Source: an archaeon (lineage in GTDB: Archaea > Nanobdellota > Nanobdellia > Woesearchaeales > GW2011-AR9). From it: a DNA stretch of 64,000 nucleotides. The position numbers and the translations under genes were made by a program. Where the stretch lies: NCBI GenBank assembly GCA_043812455.1, contig JBDRMB010000029.1, positions 8,303 through 72,302 on the forward strand, given 5' to 3'. Shown piece by piece: positions 29,337-39,335 of this stretch; the stretch's first letter is position 1, and each line of letters opens with the position of its first letter. The notes below the pieces were generated by a model. The model ran no database searches. It had not been told where the DNA came from and worked only from the letters and a program-made list of their open reading frames with translations.

Positions 29337-29825
29337 TTACTTAACCTTAACATAATTTGTCAACCCCTGAGTTATTAACAATACTGCTAACGCCCCCAAA
29401 CATAACGATATTAACCAAACCAGATATCCAAATGCCTTAATCATACTTGCTAGCATTATTACCTCAGAAATAAATTGCGCAACAATTTTAGAACTTGATG
29501 CTGAATATTCTAGATATACTTCAGAACTGTTATCTTTCTGAACATTACGATATTCATCTTCAGTTAAACTATATTTTGACATTAAATAGTTATTATTAGT
29601 TTCTCCTACTTCTGCCCAAGATTCAGCAATATCTCTAATTCCTGAGACTAGAATTGCATCATCAGTATCATCATAAACATCATTTAAATCCCCTAAAAGT
29701 AAATCATAAGCAACATAATACGATCCAGCCAGTGCTAAAAATAGGAATACACAACCAAAAGCAATCTGCACCAAAGCAATATCTTTTAGAATTTTATTTT
29801 TATCTTTTATATCTTTCATTTTCAT
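29337..29825 (-). CDS. Hypothetical membrane protein (about 2 TM segments)
   Basis: Hydrophobic segments near both termini. Confidence 0.65.
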   Translation of the reverse strand: MKMKDIKDKNKILKDIALVQIAFGCVFLFLALAGSYYVAYDLLLGDLNDVYDDTDDAILVSGIRDIAESWAEVGETNNNYLMSKYSLTEDEYRNVQKDNSSEVYLEYSASSSKIVAQFISEVIMLASMIKAFGYLVWLISLCLGALAVLLITQGLTNYVKVK

Positions 29826-30488
29826 CTACCGTTCAGCCTTTTTCAAGTCTTTCCACCAATCATTGCAACTGATGGTTTCAATTTCCTTTAACATTCTCTT
29901 TGAATTTTCAGTCACTAAAACTTCTCTGATATTATCAATCCAGTTCTGAGCATCTTTATATCCAATTTCAATATATTCTTTTGCTTGGAAGGCATTTTCA
30001 AGCAGGTCAGCATCCCTAGCGATGATAGATTCTTTAGTTTTCTGCGCTTGAAATTCTTCATGAAATCCAAATATCTCTTCGCCAACATCCCCAAGATTTT
30101 CGGTCTGCTCTCCATGTGCAGCAGTTTCAGCTTTTCTGAAATCAATATAACGATGTCCTACTTTGTGTAAATCATTTAATCTTGCCTCATGTAAATCATT
30201 AAACAAGCACATCATTGTAACTTTATTAACATCAACACTACTAACATTAATATTATCTTTTCCTTTGAAGCTGTCTTTACTTTTTCCAGAGCCATTTTCC
30301 ATCTTTGCAAGAACATAACCTATAACCGCTGCCCGAAAACTGTGTTCAGCAACATTTTCTGGATCTTTAACATTGATCAGCCACCAGCCACTTCTTTTAA
30401 CATGTTTGAGAGCACCTAGTTCAAATAAAAAGTTAGTAAAATTGTTTACTTCACTAATTTTATTACTTTTAGCCATTGTTTTTGCCAT
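29826..30488 (-). CDS. HD-superfamily hydrolase (YfbR/HDDC2-like)
   Basis: LKHVKRSGW, ENVAEHSFR, FNDLHEAR (ND at the HD position), DADLLE. Confidence 0.85.
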   Translation of the reverse strand: MAKTMAKSNKISEVNNFTNFLFELGALKHVKRSGWWLINVKDPENVAEHSFRAAVIGYVLAKMENGSGKSKDSFKGKDNINVSSVDVNKVTMMCLFNDLHEARLNDLHKVGHRYIDFRKAETAAHGEQTENLGDVGEEIFGFHEEFQAQKTKESIIARDADLLENAFQAKEYIEIGYKDAQNWIDNIREVLVTENSKRMLKEIETISCNDWWKDLKKAER

Positions 30489-30491
30489 CTT

Positions 30492-31106
30492 TTACAATTC
30501 TAACACTTCAGCTTTATTTAAACTTTCTTCTTGTAAAGTCTTCAGGTCTAGCTTTTTTAATTCCAGTTCAATATTCTCTTGCTTAGATCTAGTTGCAGGG
30601 TGTTTCGGTCCGAGCAAACAACAGATTTCTGGTCCTTTCGAAATTTCATAAGTTTCAATTTCTTTGGCAATTTCAATGATTTCTTGTTTGTCGTAAGTCA
30701 AAAGTGGCCGGAGAATTTCTAAGCTTAGTTGGCTGCTGATAACTTCAAGATTACTCAATGTCTGGCTGCTTACTTGCGCAAGATTTTCTCCTGTGATCAA
30801 AAATTTAGCGCCTTCTTTTTCAGCGACCATCTCTGCTGCTTGGAACATGGCAATCTTTTGCAAGATGAAATAATTCTTATGCTGACACTTATTTACTAAT
30901 TCTTTAAGCACATTAGCAAAAGGCACTAAATAAACTTTTTTAACGCCAAGCTTCTTAACCAGCTCTTTTACTTTGTCTAACTCTTTCTCATCGGTCAACG
31001 GCACTTGATGGAAATGCACTGCAATGATGTCTAATTTTTCTTTCATTAGGTACCCTGCAACTACTGAATCAAATCCCCCTGACAAGAGTAATATGGCTTT
31101 TTTCAT
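30492..31106 (-). CDS. ThiI-like PP-loop protein, catalytic domain only
   Basis: LLSGGFDS, TGENLAQVSSQTLSNL, LRPLL..DKQEII, CC..P.HPAT; no THUMP domain; ATGA overlap with the upstream gene. Confidence 0.85.
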   Translation of the reverse strand: MKKAILLLSGGFDSVVAGYLMKEKLDIIAVHFHQVPLTDEKELDKVKELVKKLGVKKVYLVPFANVLKELVNKCQHKNYFILQKIAMFQAAEMVAEKEGAKFLITGENLAQVSSQTLSNLEVISSQLSLEILRPLLTYDKQEIIEIAKEIETYEISKGPEICCLLGPKHPATRSKQENIELELKKLDLKTLQEESLNKAEVLEL

Positions 31107-32524
31107 CTTTTTATTGGAATCCTCCATTTTTGAACTTGACTATTAATTTTATATTTATAGACTTTGCCCGATTTATAACGTTCCAAAACATCACAGCTTA
31201 ACAAAAATTCTAAATATTTGTATAGAGTCGAATATCCAACTTCGGTTTCTCTGGAGATTTTAGATTTGAGCTCATAAAGAGTCTTGTCTTTACAATTAAA
31301 CAACATTAAAAAATCACCGAGCTTTACACTCATGCTTGAGTGTGAGAAACGATTTAAATAATCAGTTGCTACTACTAGAGATGCCGGTTTGTAAGAATAG
31401 TTTCTAGTTAATAATTCATATTTTGTAGTCCCAGGAAAAAATAAAAAAGATAAATCCTTATTACTTTTTTTCCTTACTTTTATTGTGTAACATCCTTTTT
31501 TGTCAACTTTTTTAGAACAATTGGAAATAATTTTCTTTTTATTAAAATAATTAGCTAAATCTACTGACATTAATTTACTTTTAGTTTGTAAATTTATGTT
31601 TCCATCTAATTCCACTGAACCATCAAATTGCAAAAAACCCCTGACAAATGCATCATTAAAAATTAATGAAGAAGTTTTAATAATTGAAGGGATACTTACA
31701 GAATTAGATTTTGCTCCGTGATTAAAGCCTAAGAATTTTATTAAATGGCGAATAATTATCTTATTTCCTATTGTAAGGTGCCAAGCTCCTACTTCTTTAA
31801 ACTTTTGAGGAGAATAAACAATTTCAAAGCAATTATTAAATTGTTTTGCTAATTTCTCCAAAGGTAATTTTGAACCTTCAACTATCCTTAAGAAATAACT
31901 TACTTTAATTCTCTCAAAGCACCCATAATCTTTTACTATTGGAAGTAATTTAGCAATTGAATCTTCATTAGAACAAAATGTAAAATAACAGTGTTTTATA
32001 GAAGAATCATAACAAACATTTACTTTCCTACCAAATTTCTTATTTACATCATCAATTAAACTAAGTTCTGGTTTAGTCTTAAAAATGATATTAATTCTCA
32101 ATGGAAGCGTGCCATCAGCAGCATGAGCTCCCGCAATTTCACATAAGGGGATAGTTAATTGCTTCAAAGCCTTAACTTTTTGTGAAGTCGAGCCTGCAGT
32201 CTTGAGTAACTTTATATTAGAATTAATCTCTTTTACAAGTTTACTTTTGCTTTTGGAAGAAATTTTCAGCAATTCTAAAAATAGAGGTATGGAAAACCAG
32301 CTTTTACGAAAACTTAGATATTTTTCAATTGTATCATACGAACAATTCAACTGTTCTGCGAGATAATTAATTAAATCTTTTTTATATTGATATTTTTGAA
32401 GAATATCTCTTAAAATAAAATTGATAGTTCTCCTAGTCTCATTGTTTAAATCAAAACAAATCCATGAAAAAGGTCTTACATCTATCCTTTCATCGTGAAG
32501 TTCTAATAAATTGAATTTTTTCAT
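31103..32524 (-). CDS. Free-standing LAGLIDADG endonuclease-like protein with terminal HTH-like domains
   Basis: EIAGAHAADGTL and AFVRGFLQFDGSV; C-terminal wHTH-like VGYSTLYKYLEFL..GKVYKYKI. Confidence 0.75.
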   Translation of the reverse strand: MKKFNLLELHDERIDVRPFSWICFDLNNETRRTINFILRDILQKYQYKKDLINYLAEQLNCSYDTIEKYLSFRKSWFSIPLFLELLKISSKSKSKLVKEINSNIKLLKTAGSTSQKVKALKQLTIPLCEIAGAHAADGTLPLRINIIFKTKPELSLIDDVNKKFGRKVNVCYDSSIKHCYFTFCSNEDSIAKLLPIVKDYGCFERIKVSYFLRIVEGSKLPLEKLAKQFNNCFEIVYSPQKFKEVGAWHLTIGNKIIIRHLIKFLGFNHGAKSNSVSIPSIIKTSSLIFNDAFVRGFLQFDGSVELDGNINLQTKSKLMSVDLANYFNKKKIISNCSKKVDKKGCYTIKVRKKSNKDLSFLFFPGTTKYELLTRNYSYKPASLVVATDYLNRFSHSSMSVKLGDFLMLFNCKDKTLYELKSKISRETEVGYSTLYKYLEFLLSCDVLERYKSGKVYKYKINSQVQKWRIPIKR

Positions 32525-32823
32525 TGTTTTTAAATCACCAAGATATTAATTCATAATGAAGTAACATAAAATATTTCATCTTTCAGCGAAAGCTTAATTT
32601 AGTAACTGAAGGTACTTACAAGGGATTTAAATGATTAAGTAGAAAATTAATTTATAAGCTTTACGTCGATAATTGATCAGACCCGATAAAAGTGCAATCG
32701 CTTTTTGTTTTTTACTCATTTTTCTGAGCAATATATTTTTAACCTATTTTACAATACTTATCATATAACTTAAACAAAAAACTTAAAACGTTTAGATTAT
32801 TATTGATTAATACCTTCACAAAA

Positions 32824-34797
32824 ATGAGAAAAATTATCCTTTTGTTAATAATTATTAGCTTAATACTAGTTAGCACAGCAGTTGCAGAAAATCTTTACTT
32901 TTATGATAGTTTAGACATCAGCTTAGATGTTAACGGGCAACTATCTCTTTACGAAGCAGGAAATAATCCAGAGGTCAGTGAACTTACCACTACATTATTA
33001 CTCTATCCCGAAGAAGATTACCGACAAGAACTGTTAAGTTTCCAATCTAGTGGTGAAGTTGAAGAAAACAAAGTTGTTTTCTATTGGAAAGACCCTACCC
33101 TTGGCGAGAAGGATTATTCTTTCCAATCATTAGTAAGAACTACCTATCACCGCAACCAGATCAGCGAAAAAATATTTTTTCCAACAGAATTTACTGAACA
33201 AGAAATTGAAGAAGAACAGCTTTATTTATATTTAGAAGATTCTGAAATTATTGATTGGAATGAACCAAGTATTATTGCTCAAGCTAATGAACTTACTGCA
33301 GATAGTGACGATTATTTTGAAGTAGTTTTTTTACTGGCCTCTTGGGTAGAAGAAAACATTGAATATGATTTGAACTCATTGACTGCTAAATCCAGCCAAA
33401 AATCAAGTTGGGTATTAGAAAACAAAGAAGGGGTATGTGACGAAATGACTTCTTTATTCATCTCCATGTGTCGATCACAAGGAATTCCCGCTAGGTTTGT
33501 AACTGGAGTATCTTATACTAACTCACCATTATTTGCTGAACCTTGGCAAGCCCACGGTTGGGCAGAAGTTTATTTTCCTAATCATGGTTGGGTCAGTTTT
33601 GATCCTACGTTTGGGGAATATGGTTATATTGATTCCACTCATGTTAAACTTAAAGATGATGCTGATCCTAGTGAAGCTTCTACACTTTACGAATGGACTG
33701 CCCATAACGTTAATATTGTCAGCAAAGAACTTGACTTTGATGTTGATGTTGTTGGTTATGGAGATCAGATAGATAAAGAATTTTCATTAGAAATGTCAAG
33801 TTTGGGAGAAGAATTGGCCTTTGGCAGTTATAATTTGATTACAGCAATAATCAAAAATGAAAAGGAATATTATTCAGCAAGCACATTGACATTAACCGTG
33901 CCAGAAGAAATTCAAATTATTAATAATAAAAAACAAACAGTATTATTAGAACCTAAAGAAGTACAAGAATTATACTGGATTATCAAGATTCCTCAAAACC
34001 TAAATGAAGGATATCGATATGAATTTCCTTATACAATCTCCACTGAAAAGAATTTAAGTATTGAAGATTCTTTCTTCTCACAGAAAAGTGCAGTATCTTA
34101 CACTAAATCTGAAGTAGAAGATCTTATTCCAGAAGATCTTGACGAGAATAGTTACTCCAGGGTGCTTGTTTTATCTTGTGAATACCAAGAAGAAGTTCAA
34201 GTTAACCAAGATAATATAATTTCTTGTTCGTTAAAGAATTCAGGAGATACCAAACTCGAAAATCTTAATTTTTGTATTGCAAATGAATGTTTAAATATTG
34301 ATCAATTGCCAATTAGTAAAGAATATAGTTATGAAGTTGAATTAAGTTCATTAGAAGCTGGCTGGAAAACTGTCTTTGTCTCAGCAAAAAATGATCTGGT
34401 TCAAAAAGGCCAATACTTAACCTACCAAGTCTTAGATCAAGCTTCATTAGAATTTTCTTACTCAGTTTCAGAGAATATTCATTATGGCGAAGAATTCTTA
34501 ATTACAATCTCTTTGATTCCGGATTCATTTACAATACCACAAAACCTTACTATGACAATAACTTTGCCAGGGAAGATTAACACTTGGGAAATTAGTGAAC
34601 TTACCCAGCAACAAGACATTATTTTAGAGATTAATAGTCTGGGACTTGGCTCTGAAAACTATTTACCATTAGAACTTGCTTGGCAGGATGAACAAGGTAA
34701 TGAATTTAGTTATTATGAAGAAATTTTAGTTGAGATTGAAAGCAATACTTTTTGGGACAAAGTAGTCATGTTTTTTAACACACTAACCAGTTTTTAG
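32824..34797 (+). CDS. Secreted transglutaminase-like (Cys-His-Asp) protein with Ig-like C-terminal domains
   Basis: Signal peptide; GVCDEM, GIPARFVTG, HGWAEVY, WVSFDPT. Confidence 0.88.
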   Translation: MRKIILLLIIISLILVSTAVAENLYFYDSLDISLDVNGQLSLYEAGNNPEVSELTTTLLLYPEEDYRQELLSFQSSGEVEENKVVFYWKDPTLGEKDYSFQSLVRTTYHRNQISEKIFFPTEFTEQEIEEEQLYLYLEDSEIIDWNEPSIIAQANELTADSDDYFEVVFLLASWVEENIEYDLNSLTAKSSQKSSWVLENKEGVCDEMTSLFISMCRSQGIPARFVTGVSYTNSPLFAEPWQAHGWAEVYFPNHGWVSFDPTFGEYGYIDSTHVKLKDDADPSEASTLYEWTAHNVNIVSKELDFDVDVVGYGDQIDKEFSLEMSSLGEELAFGSYNLITAIIKNEKEYYSASTLTLTVPEEIQIINNKKQTVLLEPKEVQELYWIIKIPQNLNEGYRYEFPYTISTEKNLSIEDSFFSQKSAVSYTKSEVEDLIPEDLDENSYSRVLVLSCEYQEEVQVNQDNIISCSLKNSGDTKLENLNFCIANECLNIDQLPISKEYSYEVELSSLEAGWKTVFVSAKNDLVQKGQYLTYQVLDQASLEFSYSVSENIHYGEEFLITISLIPDSFTIPQNLTMTITLPGKINTWEISELTQQQDIILEINSLGLGSENYLPLELAWQDEQGNEFSYYEEILVEIESNTFWDKVVMFFNTLTSF

Positions 34798-34849
34798 AAT
34801 TTATATATCAAAATTGGAATTATTGAAAAAAAAAGAAAAAAAATAAAAT

Positions 34850-35074
34850 TTATTTCTTCTTAGCAGTTTTCTTCTTAGCTACTTTTTTCTTAGCTACTTT
34901 TTTCTTAGCTACTTTTTTCTTAGCTACTTTTTTCTTAGCTACTGCTTTCTTAACTGCTTTCTTTTTAGCAACTTTTCTTTTAACTGCTTTTTTCTTAGCT
35001 ACTGCTTTCTTAGCAACTTTCCTTTTAACAGTCTTTTTCTTAGCTGCCTTCTTCTTCATAACTTTCTTAGCCAT
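34850..35074 (-). CDS. Lys/Ala/Val-rich histone H1-like basic protein
   Basis: 74 aa of KKKVA/KKKAV pentapeptide repeats; SD GAGGTGA upstream. Confidence 0.75.
   Translation of the reverse strand: MAKKVMKKKAAKKKTVKRKVAKKAVAKKKAVKRKVAKKKAVKKAVAKKKVAKKKVAKKKVAKKKVAKKKTAKKK
34872..34945. repeat. 15-bp coding tandem repeat (TTCTTAGCTACTTTT)
   Basis: At least four near-identical consecutive units encoding KKKVA. Confidence 0.85.
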
Positions 35075-35384
35075 CGTAATTCACCTCTTATTTACTAAGT
35101 TGGGTGTAGAAAGTTTTTTTCCTTTTTAAAAGTTTCCTTTTTCAAAATATTTTTTAAAAATATTTTTGTTAACACTGATAATTAAAAATTTAAGATCATG
35201 AAAAATTAAAAATTAAACACATTATTTTATCGACGATAAAACTCTGCAAGATATCATTGGGATCAAGAATGAATAAAACTGTCAAAACAATAATTACAAA
35301 TTACTTAAATAAAACTTAATTACTTACTTTCAAACTTCAAAAAGTTTATATAATCAAAGCATTGAGAATATTCTGAGGGTAAAA

Positions 35385-36356
35385 ATGATAAGTTCAATCT
35401 GGACAGAAAAGTATCGGCCGCAACAATTTGGCGACGTTAAAGGTCAAAAAGAGATTATAGAAAAAGTTCAAGCATTTGTTAGTTCACACAATATGCCACA
35501 TTTATTATTCTCAGGTCCGGCTGGCGTTGGTAAAACTACATTATCATTAGTAATTGCTAAAGAATTATTTGGTGAAAGTTGGAGAGAAAACATCTTGGAG
35601 CTTAATGCCAGTGATGAACGTGGGATTGATGTTATCAGAACCAAGGTTAAAGATTTTGCAAGAACTAAAGCCATTGGAGATATACCTTTCAAAGTAATAT
35701 ATCTTGACGAAAGTGACGCTTTAACCAGGGAAGCACAACAAGCTTTACGTCGAACAATGGAAAATTATACCAAAACTTGCCGATTCATATTAAGTTGCAA
35801 TTTTTCATCCAAGATTATTGATCCAATCCAGTCAAGATGCGCAGTGTTTAGATTTAAACCATTAAGCAAAGATGATGTTATTGAAGTTATTAACAAGATT
35901 TCACAACAAGAAAGTCTTAGCGTTCCTGAAGATGTAAAAGATGCTTTATATGAAATATCTGATGGTGACTGCCGAAAGTTAGAGAACGTTTTACAAAGTT
36001 GTGCAGTTATCAAGAAAGATCTTGATTTAGAATTAGTATATTCTATGGCTTCTGCAGCAAAACCTAAAGAGATAAAGGAAGTGTTAGAACTTGCTTTAAA
36101 ACAAGATTTTCTGACCTCACGGAAAAAATTATTAGACCTTATGCTGAACTATGGTCTTTCTGGAATTGATGTAATCAAACAAGTTCAAAAGGCAATCTGG
36201 CAATTAGATTTTAATATAATATCCGATGATAAAAAAGTAACTTTGATTGATAAATGTGGTGAAATTGAGTTCAGAATAGTTGAAGGTAGTGATGAATATC
36301 TACAGTTGGAAGCTTTCTTAGCATTTGTAATGTTGCAAGGAACTAAATCTGTTTAA
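35385..36356 (+). CDS. rfcS: Replication factor C small subunit
   Basis: WTEKYRP, GPAGVGKTT, ELNASDERGID, LDESD, IQSRC; no intein. Confidence 0.96.
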   Translation: MISSIWTEKYRPQQFGDVKGQKEIIEKVQAFVSSHNMPHLLFSGPAGVGKTTLSLVIAKELFGESWRENILELNASDERGIDVIRTKVKDFARTKAIGDIPFKVIYLDESDALTREAQQALRRTMENYTKTCRFILSCNFSSKIIDPIQSRCAVFRFKPLSKDDVIEVINKISQQESLSVPEDVKDALYEISDGDCRKLENVLQSCAVIKKDLDLELVYSMASAAKPKEIKEVLELALKQDFLTSRKKLLDLMLNYGLSGIDVIKQVQKAIWQLDFNIISDDKKVTLIDKCGEIEFRIVEGSDEYLQLEAFLAFVMLQGTKSV

Positions 36357-36371
36357 GATGAATAAATCACA

Positions 36372-36697
36372 ATGAAAAACCTAAAATTTCATCCTTCTTT
36401 GATTGAAAAAATTTTAAGTGGTCATAAAGTAACCACTTGGCGTTTATTTGATGATAAAGATTTGACTAAAGGTGATAATCTTATATTCCTAAATTCAGAT
36501 ACTAAAGAAGAGTTCGCTAAGGCAAGAATCGTTAGTGTTAAAGAAACAACTTTTGAGAATCTAACAGATAAAGATTGGGAAGGCCATGAAAAGTTTTCTT
36601 CAGATGAAGAAATGTATAGAGCATATCAAGATTATTATCAAAAAAAAAAGTAAATAAGAATACAAAAGTTAAAGTGATAAAATTTAAATTAAAATAA
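36372..36697 (+). CDS. ASCH/PUA-domain protein, frameshifted at an A10 run (stop at 36653 without the shift)
   Basis: GHKVTTWR..GD motif; the -1 frame continues VNKNTKVKVIKFKLK to TAA 36697. Confidence 0.75.
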
Positions 36698-36722
36698 AGA
36701 AAAAATAAAAATTCTTTGACAA

Positions 36723-37634
36723 TTAACTTGCACTTTCTTTGATTCTTAACTTCTCAAAAATCAAATCTTGGTAAGTGTATGAGAAAGTTAAAGTTATAGA
36801 ATCGCTGTAAAGATCACTCTCAGCCAAAGGTTCATTTAATCGACAGATAACTTCTGCTTTTCCATCAATCATCCTAGCTTCATTCAACTGACCACCAGAT
36901 TTACATTCCCAGTCTTCTGGACTTTCAATTTCGTAAGCCACTTGACTGAACCGATTATCAAAATCTTCACTTTGAATAGTGGAATCACCAGTGCCAACAT
37001 TACTTACTTGTATTTTTAACAACACAATTCCTTTCCCAGCAGTATCTTCCTCAACTGAAGTTATGGTAATTGGTGCTCCTGAAACTGAATAAGACTTGTA
37101 TTCTTGAACTTCGCAAACCTTTTCATCAGTTAGATCTCCCTTAAAACAAACATCATTAATGATTAATGTTGTTTCATAATCATACTTATAATTAATGTTC
37201 CAAGTAACATCGTTATATCCAATAATTTCGCTGTTATACTTAGCATAAGCATTTGGAGTAAAAGAGATTATTTCCTCACCACCAGTAGGATTGAATTCAG
37301 AAATTTTCTCAATTTCTTCAGTGTTTGACTTTTCCCAATCGGGAATATTACTAAAATCTTCATGTGCTGGGCCTATTAAGGTTAAAACCACATCACCAGG
37401 TTCAACAGTATTTTCACCCATGTTTTTTATTACCAATTCTATTGGAAAATCTTCAGTATCAAAAATAGTATAAACACCATCTTCCATAATACTAAACGGT
37501 TCGAAACTTAATACAATCCCGTCTGTTCCACCAATGAAAGCTCCACTTGTAGTATCAACTTGTTGACCCTGACAAGCTGTTAAAAGAATTAAACTGACCA
37601 AAGCCAGTACCAATAATAATTTTTTGAAAACCAT
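36723..37634 (-). CDS. Lipoprotein-like surface protein (paralog family with 38286 and 39336)
   Basis: LLTA-C; shared motifs N.G, Y.Y...VC, GAPI.I..V, N.G.G, Y.Y. Confidence 0.75.
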   Translation of the reverse strand: MVFKKLLLVLALVSLILLTACQGQQVDTTSGAFIGGTDGIVLSFEPFSIMEDGVYTIFDTEDFPIELVIKNMGENTVEPGDVVLTLIGPAHEDFSNIPDWEKSNTEEIEKISEFNPTGGEEIISFTPNAYAKYNSEIIGYNDVTWNINYKYDYETTLIINDVCFKGDLTDEKVCEVQEYKSYSVSGAPITITSVEEDTAGKGIVLLKIQVSNVGTGDSTIQSEDFDNRFSQVAYEIESPEDWECKSGGQLNEARMIDGKAEVICRLNEPLAESDLYSDSITLTFSYTYQDLIFEKLRIKESAS

Positions 37635-37824
37635 CCTAACAACCTCTTTATGTTTGTCTTTAATCGTGTTTGATCAATAATTTAGTATTTAAACGTATTA
37701 AACTAAGAAAAAAAGAGTTTAGCTATAAAAAATCTTCGCTTTTCTAAGCTAAAAATTGAAGAGGAATGCCGATATAGGACTCAATGAAAAAACATTTAAA
37801 TATCGCGGACTTTTCAGTTTTATC

Positions 37825-38271
37825 ATGAAAACAGATTTAGTAATTGCAGGTTATATAATTCATCAAAACAAAGTTTTACTAATTCACCATAGAAAATTAA
37901 ATTTGTGGCTTCCGGTTGGTGGCCACATTGATGAAAACGAAACACCTAATCAAGCATTACTTCGCGAAATCAAAGAAGAAATTGGCATTGATGTAGAAAT
38001 ACTTAATAAAAGCAATATCCCCGCGGAGGGAAATATTAAATGCAATCTCGCTACTCCTTTTTATGTTAATGTTCATTCTGTTGGAGACCATGACCATTGT
38101 TGTTTATTCTATGTTTGTAAAGCGATTAATCCAGAACAATTGAAAATAAACAATGAACTAAAAAATTTTGAATGGTTCGCTAAAGATGACCTAAACAAAG
38201 ATCATGTCCCTGCTGATGTGAAAAATCAAAGCTTAGCAGCCCTAAAATTATATAATAATCTTCTAGATTAA
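37825..38271 (+). CDS. NUDIX hydrolase
   Basis: Nudix box GGHIDENETPNQALLREIKEEIG; start revised to MKTDLV. Confidence 0.92.
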   Translation: MKTDLVIAGYIIHQNKVLLIHHRKLNLWLPVGGHIDENETPNQALLREIKEEIGIDVEILNKSNIPAEGNIKCNLATPFYVNVHSVGDHDHCCLFYVCKAINPEQLKINNELKNFEWFAKDDLNKDHVPADVKNQSLAALKLYNNLLD

Positions 38272-38285
38272 AACCTAGCGAGAAA

Positions 38286-39227
38286 TTAAGGTGTTTCAAT
38301 GATTTGGATGCTTTTTTGAAGATTTTCTATATAATTGTAATCTAAAGTTATCTGTAATGGGGTTTCGAACGCAGTAGCACCATTGATCCTGAAACTACAA
38401 ATGATCTTACCAGCATCGTTACTCATCCTTACCAACCAGTCAGAAGGAGTACATTTGATTAGACTTCCACCAGTCATTTCTACATTGTACAAGATCTTAT
38501 CCAAATCATCATAATCTAAACTTGCTTCACCACAATTAACAATGTCTGCATAAGGACTTAATACTCTGCCATTACCTGAATTTCGGACACTAATTTCAAA
38601 AATTGCAGTATCTCCAGTCATCTCTACTCCAACATAACTTACACTAACTGGCGCACCTTGACCGCCACCCATCATCACATTTTGTGGAGTACAAGCTTTC
38701 TGTTCAGAAGTTATCTGATAAAATAATGGATCTACACACACGCTTGGACTGGTCCTAGTTTGATAATTGTAACACATAACTAAATTTAAATTTGGTGAGT
38801 ATTCATAAGTTCCAGTCGGTAAATCAATGTTAGAAGATTCCCACTGTACTTGATTATAACCACCATCTAAGTTATAAACACTTTTACCATCAATATCTCC
38901 ACAAGATTGCACATAATTAATGCCTCTTATAATATTAGCATCAAACCCAGTTATCTGTAAATAACAATCGTACGCACTTAAATCATAATTACCTTTATTC
39001 TCTAGTTCAACAATCGCTACAAAATCGTTAATGTCATATATCTTACTTGGAGGATAACCTGTAACAAAACTTGCCTTTAAACCCTCTGTTCCAGACTGAA
39101 CTTGTGCAAGAGCTACAGAAGTTTCCATTGGTTCTTCACCAGCAGGAACCCTGTTACAAGATGCTAATAGAAATACTAAGAGAACTAAAGATACAACTAA
39201 CAACCCTTTTTTGATTCTAAATGCCAT
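38286..39227 (-). CDS. Lipoprotein-like surface protein (paralog)
   Basis: LLAS-C; YPP..IY, ELENKG.YD, VCVDP, GGQGAPV. Confidence 0.75.
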   Translation of the reverse strand: MAFRIKKGLLVVSLVLLVFLLASCNRVPAGEEPMETSVALAQVQSGTEGLKASFVTGYPPSKIYDINDFVAIVELENKGNYDLSAYDCYLQITGFDANIIRGINYVQSCGDIDGKSVYNLDGGYNQVQWESSNIDLPTGTYEYSPNLNLVMCYNYQTRTSPSVCVDPLFYQITSEQKACTPQNVMMGGGQGAPVSVSYVGVEMTGDTAIFEISVRNSGNGRVLSPYADIVNCGEASLDYDDLDKILYNVEMTGGSLIKCTPSDWLVRMSNDAGKIICSFRINGATAFETPLQITLDYNYIENLQKSIQIIETP

Positions 39228-39335
39228 ACACCTATCAAAGCGATAATAAACTTTTTAGTTATTTAAAGCTTTTGTTTAAGTAGCTTTACTAATTATGCTT
39301 AAATCGTACCCACACTTTACTAAAAATCTAATTTC

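Noticed and set aside
34850..35074. Tandem repeats as a CRISPR array
   Set aside because: Contiguous 15-bp coding units without unique spacers; no cas genes in the window.
35385..36356. Intein in RFC, or the LAGLIDADG ORFs as inteins
   Set aside because: RFC is normal length; the LAGLIDADG ORFs have their own starts and stops and lack intein splice-junction motifs.
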